Shown here: positions 32,520 to 42,152 of the stretch, one piece after another
Layout of the letters: each line of letters begins with the position of its first letter
Numbering within the stretch: the first letter of the stretch is position 1
DNA from: an uncultured Thermoleophilia bacterium
Lineage (GTDB): Bacteria > Actinomycetota > Thermoleophilia > UBA2241
NCBI GenBank assembly: GCA_963702475.1
Contig: CAVPCT010000005.1
Coordinates: 160,001 to 224,000, forward strand
Direction of reading: 5' to 3'
Length of the DNA: 64,000 nucleotides
Translations under genes and position numbers: made by a program
The notes under the pieces: model-generated
Told to the model about the DNA's origin: nothing
Seen by the model: the letters and a program-made list of their open reading frames with translations, nothing else
The model's database searches: none

Positions 32520-33590
32520 ATGCTGCTCAGCGTGAACCAGGCCGCGCGCCGCCTCGGCGTCTCCCCCGTCACCGTGCGCCGCTGGACGGCGACGGGCCTG
32601 TTGCCGTGCACCCGCACAGCGGGAGGGCACCGGCGCATCGACGAGCACGACCTCGACGACCTGGCGCGCTCCATCGGCGCCGGCAGCCAGCTCGCCGCGC
32701 AGGCGGCCCGGGAGCGCGAGGTGGAGGTGCTCGTCGACACCTCCATCGCGCTGGCCGGCCGCCTGGAGCTCGGCGAGCTTCTCTACGAGATCGCCATGCG
32801 CATGACGGCGCTGCTGGACTGTCACTTCTGCGCCATCTCGGAGTACGACGCCGCAGACGGCAGCGTCGCCACGCTGGCGGAGTACGACGACGCCGGCCAC
32901 CGACTCCCGGACCAGAGCCCGTACCATCTCAGCGACTTCCCGCTCACGCGACGGGTGCTGGAGGAACAGGTGACGGTCGTCGTGAACGTGGACGACCCCG
33001 AGGCCGACGCCGCGGAGGTCGCCGAGCTGCGCCGCGAGGGCGACCGTAGCCTCCTCATGGTCCCGCTCGTGGTCCACGGCGACACGATCGGTCTGCTGGA
33101 GGCCGTGGACCAGGAACGTTCACGCCGGTACTCCCGCCAGGAGCTCCGCCTCGCCAGCGCTATCGCCGGGCAGGCGGCAGTGGCCATCAGGAACGCCAAG
33201 CTCTTCGCGGAAAGGCGCGCCGGCGACGAATCCCAGCGCATCGACGCCGCGCTGCACACCCTCACGACCTACATGCAGACCGTCCTGGAGGCCGGCGCGG
33301 ATGAGGTCCTTGCCCGGCTCGCGACCGCCGTGTGCGAGGCGTTCGGGGCGGTCTCGTGCGTGGCCGAGAGCGGCGCGCGGAGCGCGGGCGCGTTCGGCGC
33401 CGGCCACGAAGGCCTCGACGGCGCCGCCCTCACGGTGGTACGCGACCCCTCCGGACGCACCGGTCTCAGTCTCACGCTCACCCTTCCGCGACCGCTGGGG
33501 ACCGCGCAGGCGGACCTCCTCGACCTCATCGTCGCCGCCACGGCGGCGCACCTCTCACGAGTGGACCGCGGGGACGGCCCGTGTACCTGA
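32520..33590 (+). CDS. BldC/MerR-like HTH plus GAF domain regulator 1
   Basis: AARRLGVSPVTVRRW...RTAGGHRRI; GAF motif SLLMVPLVVHGDTIGLL...ELRLASAIAGQAAVAIRNA. Confidence 0.8.
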   Translation: MLLSVNQAARRLGVSPVTVRRWTATGLLPCTRTAGGHRRIDEHDLDDLARSIGAGSQLAAQAAREREVEVLVDTSIALAGRLELGELLYEIAMRMTALLDCHFCAISEYDAADGSVATLAEYDDAGHRLPDQSPYHLSDFPLTRRVLEEQVTVVVNVDDPEADAAEVAELRREGDRSLLMVPLVVHGDTIGLLEAVDQERSRRYSRQELRLASAIAGQAAVAIRNAKLFAERRAGDESQRIDAALHTLTTYMQTVLEAGADEVLARLATAVCEAFGAVSCVAESGARSAGAFGAGHEGLDGAALTVVRDPSGRTGLSLTLTLPRPLGTAQADLLDLIVAATAAHLSRVDRGDGPCT

Positions 33591-34657
33591 GCGTCCAGCT
33601 CGCGGCCCGCCGCCTCGGGGTCTCGCCTCACACGGTCCGCCGGTGGACGGCGTCCGGGCTGCTGCCCTGCACGCGCACGGCAGGCGGCCATCGGCGGATC
33701 AAGCAGGAGGACGTCGACGAGTTGGCCCAGCTCATCGGCGGGCGCAACCACCTCGCCACGCGCCTCGCACGCGAACGCGAGCTGGACCTGATGATGGAGG
33801 CGGCCGAGTCGCTGGGCGCGTCGCCGTCCGGCGACGACGCGCTGCGTCGCCTGGCGCTCTGCGCGGCGGCGCTCCTCGAGGCCTCCGGCGTCTTCGTCTG
33901 GAGCCTCGACGACACCGGCGCGAGAGCCACGCTCCTCGCCGGTCACGGTACCGGCCGGCGGCTTCACACCGCCGGCGGCTTCGTCCTCGAGCAGGCGCCC
34001 GCGGCGCGGCGCGCCCTCGAGGGCCGCGCGCCGGTCGCAGTGCGGGCCGGCGATCAGCGCGCCGACGAGGCCGATGCTGCCCTGCTCCGCCGCGACGGCG
34101 ACGGCAGCCTTCTGGTGGTGCCGATCGTGGCCGGCGAGGAGACGCTGGGCCTCCTCGAGGTCCGCGACCGGAGGGAGCGGACGTACACGCGCCAGGAGGT
34201 ACGGCTCGCAGGAGCGCTCGCTTCCCTGTTTGCGGCGACCATGGAGCGCAAGCGGCTGCGGCGGCGCGCGCGCCTCCACGAAGGTGAGGAGGAGACCTTG
34301 CGGGCCGCCCTCACCAAGGTCGCCGGCGGCCTCGCCGCCGTCAGAGGTGCCACGGAGCTGGACGCGCTGCAGGCGGCGGCGCGTCTGGCCACAGACGCCC
34401 TGGGCGGGGTCGCCTGCGTGGCCGGTCGCGGCACGGCGACCGCCGGCGCCGTGGCCGGCGACCCGGGCGCCGCGCGTGAGCCGCAGGCGGGCGTGGCGCA
34501 CGTGCTCGTGGCATCGGGCGGTGAGGACGACTCCCGCGTAGTCCTCACGCTCACGCTGGCCGGGCCGGCGACGGCCGGCGCCGCCGAGCTTCTCACGATC
34601 GTCGCCGGTGCGGCGGCCGCCGCCGCGGACGCGGCCTCTTCGGCGGCCGACGCCTGA
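33581..34657 (+). CDS. BldC/MerR-like HTH plus GAF domain regulator 2 (paralog)
   Basis: GTG start at 33581; AARRLGVSPHTVRRW...RTAGGHRRI; SLLVVPIVAGEETLGLL...EVRLA. Confidence 0.8.
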   Translation: MYLSVQLAARRLGVSPHTVRRWTASGLLPCTRTAGGHRRIKQEDVDELAQLIGGRNHLATRLARERELDLMMEAAESLGASPSGDDALRRLALCAAALLEASGVFVWSLDDTGARATLLAGHGTGRRLHTAGGFVLEQAPAARRALEGRAPVAVRAGDQRADEADAALLRRDGDGSLLVVPIVAGEETLGLLEVRDRRERTYTRQEVRLAGALASLFAATMERKRLRRRARLHEGEEETLRAALTKVAGGLAAVRGATELDALQAAARLATDALGGVACVAGRGTATAGAVAGDPGAAREPQAGVAHVLVASGGEDDSRVVLTLTLAGPATAGAAELLTIVAGAAAAAADAASSAADA

Positions 34658-34716
34658 CGGCGACGGCCGCAGACGCCGCAGGGCCGGCCCGCACCGCCCT
34701 GCGGTATCCTGACCGC

Positions 34717-37671
34717 ATGCCCGTTCGCTCCCCTCAGCTCGTCGTACTCGACACCGAGACCACCGGCCTGGACCCCGCCCACAGCCGCATCGTCGACATC
34801 GGCGCGGTGCGTCTGGGGCCCGACCTGCGGGTGGCCGACCGCTTCGCCACGCTCGTCGACCCCGGAGCGCCTCTGCCGCTTCAGATCAAGCGACTGCTCG
34901 GCCTCGACGACACGAGCCTCGCGGGAGCGCCTTCCTTTCCCGAAGCGTTCGCGCAGCTGCGGGAGTTCGTGGGCGACGCGCTGGTGGCCGGGCACAACGT
35001 CGGGTTCGACCGCGACCACCTGGCCGCCGAGGCGCGGCGCGCCGGACTGCCGGCTCTCGGGGCGCGCTGGTTCGACACCCTGGAAGCTGCGCTGCTGCTC
35101 TTTCCCGAGCTCGACAGCCACGCCCTTGACGCCATGGCCGTCGAGTTGGGCGTCGCCAGAGACGTCCACCGTGCGCTCCCCGACGCCGAGCTGACCGCCG
35201 CCCTCTTCGCGCGGCTGTGCGCCCGCGCGTCGGGTCTCGGGCCGCAGGAACGCGCGCTGCTCACCGCCGCGGGGTGGGAACCGCTGCAGGTCCTGGCCCG
35301 CTATCACGCGCCCCCGGAGGATGCGCCACCGCCGATGGTGGCGGACGAGCGTTCCGGGCAGCTTGTGGCCGTACCCGTCGAGCTCGACGGTTGGAGGGCC
35401 GAGCTCGGCGGCGCGAAGCCCGCGCCCGGCGGCGCGCCGACTGCACCCGACGAAGGGCCGGTGGACCCGGGGGATGACGGTATCGCGGCCGGCGCCGACG
35501 GTGCCGCCCCCGGCATGGCCGCGCGTCTCCCGGGCTTTCGCCGCCGGCCGGGCCAGATCCAGCTCGCGGAGGCCGTGAGCGAGGTGTTCCACGCCGGAGG
35601 GGTCGGCCTGTTCGAGGCGGGGACGGGCATGGGCAAGAGCCTCGCCTACCTGCTGCCCGCGGCCTTCTTCGGGGCGTCGCAAGGCCGCCGCGTCCTCGTC
35701 AGCACGAAGACCAAGGCACTCCAGCGCCAGCTGGCCGCGTACGAGCTGCCGAGGGTGGCCGAGGCTGTCGGTGAGGGCTGGCGCTGGGCGCTCCTCATGG
35801 GGCGGGAGAACTACGTCTGCCGCCGTCGCCTCGACGAAGCCGTGACCGGCGAAGAGGGCGTGCTCCCAGACGCCGAGCGTGCACTCGCCCTGGCCTACCT
35901 CGTCGGCAGGTCACGCCGCGGCGAGGTCGACCTCTCGGCCCTGCCCTACCGCGCATCGCTCGTGCTGCCGGCCCTGGCCGAGGTGGCCCGCGACCTGCGC
36001 TCGTCGCGGGCCACCTGCATGGGCCGGCACTGCCCGGCGCGCCGCGACTGTCACTGGCGCGCGGCGCGCACCCGCGCCGAGGCCTCGCACCTCGTGTGCG
36101 TCAACCACGCGCTTCTGCTCACGGGGCCGGACACGCTGCCGCCGTTCGAGGATGTGGTGATCGACGAGGCGCACCTGCTGTACCACGAGGCCACCGAGGC
36201 GTTCAGCGACGAGGTCGACGCCCTCGCCTTGGACCTGCTGCTCGCCGACCTGCGCGGCCGGCGGGGGCAGCGCGGCCTGCCGCAGCGTCTCCGCGCGGCG
36301 GCGCGGCGCGCCGACCCGGGCGAGGCTCGCGGTCTCGAGGCGGCGGCGGACGCCTGCGAGCGCGCCGCCGACATGCTGCCCGACGTCATCCGCGCCGTCG
36401 GCGAGACGCTGACCCTGGTCGGTCACGCGGCCGGCGAGCAGGACGAGGGCGAGGTGGCCGGCGACCGGCCTGCCCCGGACCATGAGCGCCGGCCGTGGCG
36501 CGGCTACGACACGACCGTCTGGCTCACGCCGGGACTCCGCGAGCTCCCCGCGTGGGACCCGTTCGCCACGGCCACCGCCCTGCTGTCCGAGGGGCTCGGC
36601 GCCCTGTCCGCCGGCGTCGCCGGCGCCGCGGACGCCCTCCCGGAGGACCACCGCGAGCACGCGGCGGTGGTCTCCCTGGCCGACGAGGCGGCGCGTCTGG
36701 CCGGGCTCCTCGCCGACCTGCCCGAGAGTGGAGGCGAAGGCGAGGTCGTGTGGGCGCAGATCGAGGCTCCCCCGGCCGCACCGGAGGCGGGCGGAGCCGC
36801 GCGCTGGAAGCTCGCGCGCGCGCCGCTCACGCCCGCTCGCCACGTGCGCGAGGCGCTGTGGGACCGTCTGCGCAGCGCCGTGCTCGCCAGTGCGACGCTC
36901 ACCGTGCGCGGCTCCTTCGCGTACTTCCGGCAGATGACGGGTCTGGACGCCGACGTGGACGTCACCGAGCGGGTCTTCCCCTCCCCGTTCGACTTCCGCC
37001 GCCAGGCGGTGCTCGTACTCGAGCACGACCCCGGCAACGCCTGGCGGGCCGACGCCGTCGCCGGCCGACAAGCCGAGCGGCTCAAGCGCCTGGGTGAGAT
37101 CACCGGCGGCCGCACGCTGGCGCTCTTCACCAACAAGCGCGACATGGCCCGCGTGGCCGAGGAGGTCGGACCACACATGGAGGACGACGGCGTGCTCGTG
37201 CTGGCCCAGGGCCTGCACGGGAGCGCCGCCGCGCTGGCCGAGGAGTTCCGCACGCACCCGGCGACGATGCTCCTGGGCGTGGACACCCTGTGGACCGGTC
37301 AGGACTTTCCCGGCGACGTGCTCACCTGCCTCGTGATCGCCAAGCTCCCCTTCCCCCGCCAGGACCCCTTGTTCAGGGCGCGCAAGCGCGCCTGCGAGGA
37401 GTCGGGCGCCGGCTGGTTCGACGCCTTCTACCTGCCCGAGACGGTGCTGAAGTTCAGGCAGGGCTTCGGACGCCTGATACGCACCGAGAGCGACCGCGGG
37501 GTGGTGGTGGTGCTCGACCACCGCCTGACGCAGAAGAATTACCGGCGCGAGTTCCTCGAGAGCCTTCCTGAGATCGAGGTGGTCGAGGCGTCGCCGGCCG
37601 AGTTGCCGGCGGTCGTGGAGAGGTCCCTGCGGCGGCTCGGAGCCTGGCTCCCGGAAGGCCCGCGCGCCTGA
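34717..37671 (+). CDS. dinG: DnaQ-like 3'-5' exonuclease / DinG family helicase
   Basis: DTETTG, HNVGFD, HRALPDA; EAGTGMGKS, Fe-S Cys cluster, IDEAH, SATL, QGFGRLIR. Confidence 0.9.
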   Translation: MPVRSPQLVVLDTETTGLDPAHSRIVDIGAVRLGPDLRVADRFATLVDPGAPLPLQIKRLLGLDDTSLAGAPSFPEAFAQLREFVGDALVAGHNVGFDRDHLAAEARRAGLPALGARWFDTLEAALLLFPELDSHALDAMAVELGVARDVHRALPDAELTAALFARLCARASGLGPQERALLTAAGWEPLQVLARYHAPPEDAPPPMVADERSGQLVAVPVELDGWRAELGGAKPAPGGAPTAPDEGPVDPGDDGIAAGADGAAPGMAARLPGFRRRPGQIQLAEAVSEVFHAGGVGLFEAGTGMGKSLAYLLPAAFFGASQGRRVLVSTKTKALQRQLAAYELPRVAEAVGEGWRWALLMGRENYVCRRRLDEAVTGEEGVLPDAERALALAYLVGRSRRGEVDLSALPYRASLVLPALAEVARDLRSSRATCMGRHCPARRDCHWRAARTRAEASHLVCVNHALLLTGPDTLPPFEDVVIDEAHLLYHEATEAFSDEVDALALDLLLADLRGRRGQRGLPQRLRAAARRADPGEARGLEAAADACERAADMLPDVIRAVGETLTLVGHAAGEQDEGEVAGDRPAPDHERRPWRGYDTTVWLTPGLRELPAWDPFATATALLSEGLGALSAGVAGAADALPEDHREHAAVVSLADEAARLAGLLADLPESGGEGEVVWAQIEAPPAAPEAGGAARWKLARAPLTPARHVREALWDRLRSAVLASATLTVRGSFAYFRQMTGLDADVDVTERVFPSPFDFRRQAVLVLEHDPGNAWRADAVAGRQAERLKRLGEITGGRTLALFTNKRDMARVAEEVGPHMEDDGVLVLAQGLHGSAAALAEEFRTHPATMLLGVDTLWTGQDFPGDVLTCLVIAKLPFPRQDPLFRARKRACEESGAGWFDAFYLPETVLKFRQGFGRLIRTESDRGVVVVLDHRLTQKNYRREFLESLPEIEVVEASPAELPAVVERSLRRLGAWLPEGPRA

Positions 37672-37737
37672 GACCCTCCCGGCCTCACCTCAGGCCCGGC
37701 GCACGCCTCATCACCTCGACCGCGCGGCGCCGCGACG

Positions 37738-38130
37738 CTACTTGAGCAGCCTGCCGCTGCGTTGCGCGGAGCGCTCGTCCACACGCTTCACGACGCGCGC
37801 CTTGGTGCGTTTGCCGCAGTTGGGGCAGGTGAGCGTCTTGTAGCTGTAGTACGTGCCGTCGGGGTTCTTGCCGATGGACGAGGTGGTGAAGAAGTTCACC
37901 GTGGTCGGCACCTGGAACGGCTTGCCGCACTTCTCACACAGGTAGCCCGTCTTGCGCGACACGAGGCTGATGTACATCCACAGCCCCGCGACGATGATCA
38001 GGAGCGTGGGCAGGAACCCGCGCCAGGGGTAGATGACGACGAGTGCGAAGACGACGACCGCGACGAAGATGAGCAGCTTCCAGGTCTGACTCCACCAGTC
38101 GTACTTGTCGCGTTCAACGAAGCGGGCCAC
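37738..38130 (-). CDS. Small 2-TM protein with zinc ribbon
   Basis: Two hydrophobic helices, CEKCGK and CPNCGK. Confidence 0.7.
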   Translation of the reverse strand: MARFVERDKYDWWSQTWKLLIFVAVVVFALVVIYPWRGFLPTLLIIVAGLWMYISLVSRKTGYLCEKCGKPFQVPTTVNFFTTSSIGKNPDGTYYSYKTLTCPNCGKRTKARVVKRVDERSAQRSGRLLK

Positions 38131-38211
38131 GCTGCCGCCTTTCGAGGAAGAGGGCTACGGACGGAAGGAGGCGCGCCGCGCCGACCGGCGGGCCGGACGC
38201 CGCCGGGCGGA

Positions 38212-38331
38212 TCACCCGCCGACTGGACCGGCGAGGTAGCTGACCAGCGTGAAGATGCCGAACAACGCGGCCATGACCACCACCCCGAACCCGAGGGTCA
38301 TGAAGAACCCGACGAGAAACTGCCGACCCAT
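38212..38331 (-). CDS. Small hydrophobic protein (39 aa)
   Basis: MGRQFLVGFFMTLGFGVVVMAALFGIFTLVSYLAGPVGG with AAAGGGGAG RBS. Confidence 0.55.
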   Translation of the reverse strand: MGRQFLVGFFMTLGFGVVVMAALFGIFTLVSYLAGPVGG

Positions 38332-38529
38332 GCTGCGCTCCCCTTTGAAGCAGACGCTGACGGGCGCCGTGACGCCAACGAGAGTATGCCACTCGCGAGG
38401 TCGCGGAGAAAGCGCGCCGCCGGCACCGTCCCGGCGGGCGGTCGCGCACCCGGCGTTCAAGACCTGGACTGCCGCAGCCGAGGAGAGGGTACGAACCACG
38501 TCGTCGCGTCGTCCACGAAGGGAGCCCAC

Positions 38530-39200
38530 ATGGATGTCGAGTTCCAGAACGCCCCGGCCTTCACGGTCGCCGTCGCCAGGCTCGCAGGGGGCGAAAGCCT
38601 GCGCGCCGAGAGCGGCGCCATGATCAGCATGACCACGGGCACGCAGATCGAGACATCTACACAGGGGGGATCCTCAAAGGCCTCAAGCGGTCGCTCTCCG
38701 GCGAGTCGTTCTTCATGAACACGTTCACGGCGCCCCCCGAAGGCGGCGAGGTGGTCCTGGCCTCCCCGCTGCCGGGCGACATGACCTACGTCGACCTGCA
38801 GGGCCACACCTGGTACTTCCACCGCGACGGCTTCATCGCCTCAGAGCAGGGCGTGGACCTGGACACGAGTTGGGGCGGACTCAAGAGCGCGTTCGGGGCC
38901 TCGTCGTTCCTCGTCGTGAAGTGCTCGGGGCAGGGCAAGGCCATAGTGGCCACGTACGGCGCGCTGCGCCGCGTGGACCTGCAGGCCGGCCAGCAGTACA
39001 CCGTGGACTCGGGGCACATGGTGGCGTGGCCCGAGGGCATGCCGATGCAGGTACACAAGGTCGGCGGGATGAAGTCGCTCTTCCTGAGCGGTGAGGGCTT
39101 CGTCGTCACGCTCACCGGCCCCGGCACCTTCTTCACGCAGACCCGCAGCGAAGCCGCCTTCGTCACCTGGCTGGCGCCGCTGCTGCCGAAGCAGAACTGA
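38530..39200 (+). CDS. AIM24/TIGR00266 family protein, frameshifted at the G6 run 38664-38669
   Basis: LRAESGAMISM in the first frame; GESFFMNTF, YGA, VDSGHMVAW, SGEG, GPG..FTQTR in the second. Confidence 0.85.
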
Positions 39201-39245
39201 CCGCGGAGGTGCGGGGGCGCGGCGGGACGCGTGCGGCCCGCCCCT

Positions 39246-39270
39246 GTTACTGTCCGCTGCGGACGGGTAC
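39246..39270 (+). promoter_or_regulatory. Putative SigB/SigF-type promoter
   Basis: GTTA-N15-GGGTAC upstream of the small ORF at 39304. Confidence 0.4.
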
Positions 39271-39303
39271 CACCGAAGTACACGTCGTCCTCGGAGGTGG
39301 AGC

Positions 39304-39477
39304 ATGGCAGGTGACTCCGGCGGCAGGCCCGGCGAGCACGACCACCGGTACGACCACCGCGGCAAAGGGCTCGGCTGGCCGCCTCTCAAGAAGACGGCGC
39401 CGCCGCGCGGCTGGACCAGCAAGACGATGCACCATCCGGCCACCCGCATCGGGGAGCTCAAGCACGGCAAGACCTGA
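39304..39477 (+). CDS. Small basic His-containing protein (57 aa), unknown function
   Basis: GGAGGT RBS five nt before the ATG; MAGDSGGRPGEHDHRYDHRGKGLGWPPLKKTAPPRGWTSKTMHHPATRIGELKHGKT. Confidence 0.6.
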   Translation: MAGDSGGRPGEHDHRYDHRGKGLGWPPLKKTAPPRGWTSKTMHHPATRIGELKHGKT

Positions 39478-39555
39478 GCGGACGGGTCGCAGCGAAGACG
39501 CACCGAGGGCCCGGCGCTCCTGCGAGCGCCGGGCCCTCCGTGCGTCGCGCGGCCG

Positions 39556-40137
39556 TCAGGCGTTCAGCTTCTTGAGCGCCCAGGCCATGGCGCGGCCCAG
39601 GTCCTGCATGTTGGCCATGCCCTCGTCGTCGTTCTCGACGTCGCCCTTGCCGAGGCCGTAGCCCATGTTCCAGTAGGTCGAGCCGATCACGATCATGCCG
39701 GCGATCTGGAACCAGTGGTTGATGCTGTCGAACGCATGGATGGCGCCGCCGCGCCGTGCCGCGACCACGGCGGCGCCGACCTTGCGCCTGAGGGCGTCTC
39801 CCCCGCTTCTGCGCGTGGCGTAGCCGGCGCGTTCCATGAGCGCCTGCGTGACGGCGGTGCAGTTCGCGTAGTACGTGGGCGAGCCGATGATGACGCCGTC
39901 GGCCTCCACCATCTTGGCGATACACTCGTTCATGCCGTCGTCCTTCTGACCGGGGCAGGTGTTGTCCATCGTCTCCCCGCACTTCAGGCAGGCGATGCAG
40001 CCGCGGAACCTCTTGTTGTAGAGCTGGACCAGCTCGGTCTCGATGCCCTCGGCCTCCAACTCGACCAGCACGCGGCGCAGCAGGATGGCCGTGTTGCCGT
40101 CCTTGCGGGAGCTGCCGTTGAACGCGACCACCTTCAT
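39556..40137 (-). CDS. Iron-sulfur flavoprotein (flavodoxin-like, Isf family)
   Basis: FNGSSRKDGNT, CIACLKC......C, GSPTYY, ARRGG. Confidence 0.88.
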   Translation of the reverse strand: MKVVAFNGSSRKDGNTAILLRRVLVELEAEGIETELVQLYNKRFRGCIACLKCGETMDNTCPGQKDDGMNECIAKMVEADGVIIGSPTYYANCTAVTQALMERAGYATRRSGGDALRRKVGAAVVAARRGGAIHAFDSINHWFQIAGMIVIGSTYWNMGYGLGKGDVENDDEGMANMQDLGRAMAWALKKLNA

Positions 40138-40194
40138 CCCGTCGTTCTCCCTCCCGTCGTGCACGGCGCCCGGACCCGCCGGACGACCGCGCCG

Positions 40195-40764
40195 CTACAC
40201 GACCTCGAGCGCCGCCGCCAGGTCGCCGAGGTGGCGCTGGGCCTCCCGCAGCGTACAGGCCGTCCCCGGCAGGGGAAAGGCGAACACACGCCGCCCGAAC
40301 GTACGCATGAGGTCGTCGTTGAACCCGTAGTCGCTCTTGTGCTCCCAGCCGAACGAGTAGTCGAGCACCCTGTCGAGCGCGCCCTTGTAGACGAACACCA
40401 GGATGCGAGGCCGCAGCGTGGCGACGACGCCCGAGACGCGCGCCCAGCCCTCAACGTACTCGCGCTCGACGGGCTCGTCTCCGAACGGCCGTGGCGCCTT
40501 GCACAGGTCGGTCATGCCGAATCCGTGCGCCAGCAGGCTGTCGTCGCCGAACTCACCGGGCACCGCGGGTAGCACCCCGGCCTCGTCGAGCCGCTTCCAC
40601 AGCCCCTTGCCCATGCGGCCCTGGTAGTAGTGCCCGGCCTCCACGCTCGCCGGAGAAGGCGTCTTGCCCACGAACAGCGCCCGCAGGGGACCGCGTTCGG
40701 GCAGGATGTCGGCCAGCGTGACCACGACGCGGCCGTCCACCGTCATCTCGAGGCAGTGGTCCAC
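40195..40764 (-). CDS. MUG/TDG-like uracil-DNA glycosylase superfamily protein
   Basis: LADILP..GPLRALFVGKTPS..SVEAGHYY, GFGMTDL, LRPRILVFVYK, FPLPG. Confidence 0.7.
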   Translation of the reverse strand: MDHCLEMTVDGRVVVTLADILPERGPLRALFVGKTPSPASVEAGHYYQGRMGKGLWKRLDEAGVLPAVPGEFGDDSLLAHGFGMTDLCKAPRPFGDEPVEREYVEGWARVSGVVATLRPRILVFVYKGALDRVLDYSFGWEHKSDYGFNDDLMRTFGRRVFAFPLPGTACTLREAQRHLGDLAAALEVV

Positions 40765-40769
40765 GAGAC

Positions 40770-42152
40770 CTACCCGCGCCCCAGCCGGTGTGCGACGCGC
40801 ACGAGGGCCAGGGTGTCGAGGGCGCAGTACTCGAGGAGCGCCGCGCGAAGCTCCTCCCGGCGCTCGTCGCCCGTGCCGGGCGCCACGGCCTCGTGGTACG
40901 CCGCCTGCGCGGAGAGGCCGTCCTGCACGTCGCCAAGGCGCCCGTGGTGAAGGTCGGCGGCCACGGTGGGCAGGACCACCTTCAGCGAGTAGGACCCGTT
41001 CAGGGCCGGGTGGGTGTAGTGGTCGCGCGTGAGCCGCAGCAGGTCGACGAGGCGCCCGGTGACGGACTCGAGCCTCGGCGCCAGGTCCGGGAACATGGCC
41101 GCCATCTCCACCAGGCGCCACTTCTCGAAGTCGTGGTACACGAAGATGGGCCCCTCCGCGCCGACCGCGTCCAGCAGGGCCTCGGCTGCGGCGCGCATGG
41201 GCGGCCGCCCGCCGACGTCGAGGAACTCCCGGTGCGTCACGGTCCCGCGCGCGTTCTCGGCGTGGCACGACCACTGGAAGACGAGCTGCTGGAAGGGCCT
41301 GGTGCCCTCCCACGGCGGCACCGCGAACTGCACGGTCTCGAAGTCGAGGAAGTAACGCGGGTACGGCAGGGTGGCGAGGAACGCGGTGGCCGCCGGGTCC
41401 AGCTCTCCAAGCGAGATGTCGATGCGCTCGAGCTCGTCGTCGTCTTCGGCGTCCGGCTCGGGTCCCACGCAGCGCACCCTGCCCTCCTGGTCCTCGCAGC
41501 AGGCCACGAACGGACAGTCGAACGGACGGCGGCACTGGGCGCCCATGGCGATGGCGGGTCGTGGGCCCGCCAGCAGCTCGTTGAGGCCACGCACCCACCC
41601 CGGGATGTGCGCCGTGAGCGGCCGCGCCTGGTCGGCCACGGGGATCTCCCGCAGCAGGCCGCGATAGTCCCCGCCCCCCGGATAGACGAAGTCGGTGTCG
41701 ATGACTGCGACGCCGAGCACGTCCAGCGGCACGCCCGCTCCTTCCGTCACCCACGCCTGGATGGCGATGTCCTGCAGGTGGTACTCCTTGAGGCGGGTCG
41801 CCGACTTGACCTCCACCAGACGGTAGCGACCGTCCCTGCGCTCCAGGACATCGGCGCGTATCAGGACGCCGCGGTGGCGGAACGTGGCCTCGAACAGGGT
41901 GACGTCGCCCGGCTCGGCCAGCACACGTTCGGTCTCCGCGAGCGCGCGGCTCAGACCGCCGTCGCCGTCGATGAGGATACCGGGCCCGTAAAGCTCCCGG
42001 GCGACCTCGCCGACGTCGTGGCCGGCGGCGAAGCGCCGCTGGGTGTCGGCCGTGTAGGCCTCGAGTTCGGGGCGGTGGACGGCGAGCCACAGGCGCTTGC
42101 CGCACTGCAGGCCTGCGGTGATTCGGGACTTGGAGAGTCGGAAGGTACGCAC
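40770..42152 (-). CDS. DUF2779-type protein: PD-(D/E)XK nuclease-like N-domain plus RNase H/DnaQ-like C-domain
   Basis: LSKSRITAGLQCGKRLWL, RADVL...VEVKS, C..PFDCPF..CC, LDFET, QWSCH, SYSLKVVLP, YCALDT; leaderless GTG seven nt after TAGAAT. Confidence 0.8.
   Translation of the reverse strand: MRTFRLSKSRITAGLQCGKRLWLAVHRPELEAYTADTQRRFAAGHDVGEVARELYGPGILIDGDGGLSRALAETERVLAEPGDVTLFEATFRHRGVLIRADVLERRDGRYRLVEVKSATRLKEYHLQDIAIQAWVTEGAGVPLDVLGVAVIDTDFVYPGGGDYRGLLREIPVADQARPLTAHIPGWVRGLNELLAGPRPAIAMGAQCRRPFDCPFVACCEDQEGRVRCVGPEPDAEDDDELERIDISLGELDPAATAFLATLPYPRYFLDFETVQFAVPPWEGTRPFQQLVFQWSCHAENARGTVTHREFLDVGGRPPMRAAAEALLDAVGAEGPIFVYHDFEKWRLVEMAAMFPDLAPRLESVTGRLVDLLRLTRDHYTHPALNGSYSLKVVLPTVAADLHHGRLGDVQDGLSAQAAYHEAVAPGTGDERREELRAALLEYCALDTLALVRVAHRLGRG

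Noticed and set aside
40770-42152. Cas4-like motifs as evidence of a CRISPR-Cas locus
   Set aside because: No array or other cas genes; the architecture fits a DUF2779-type protein
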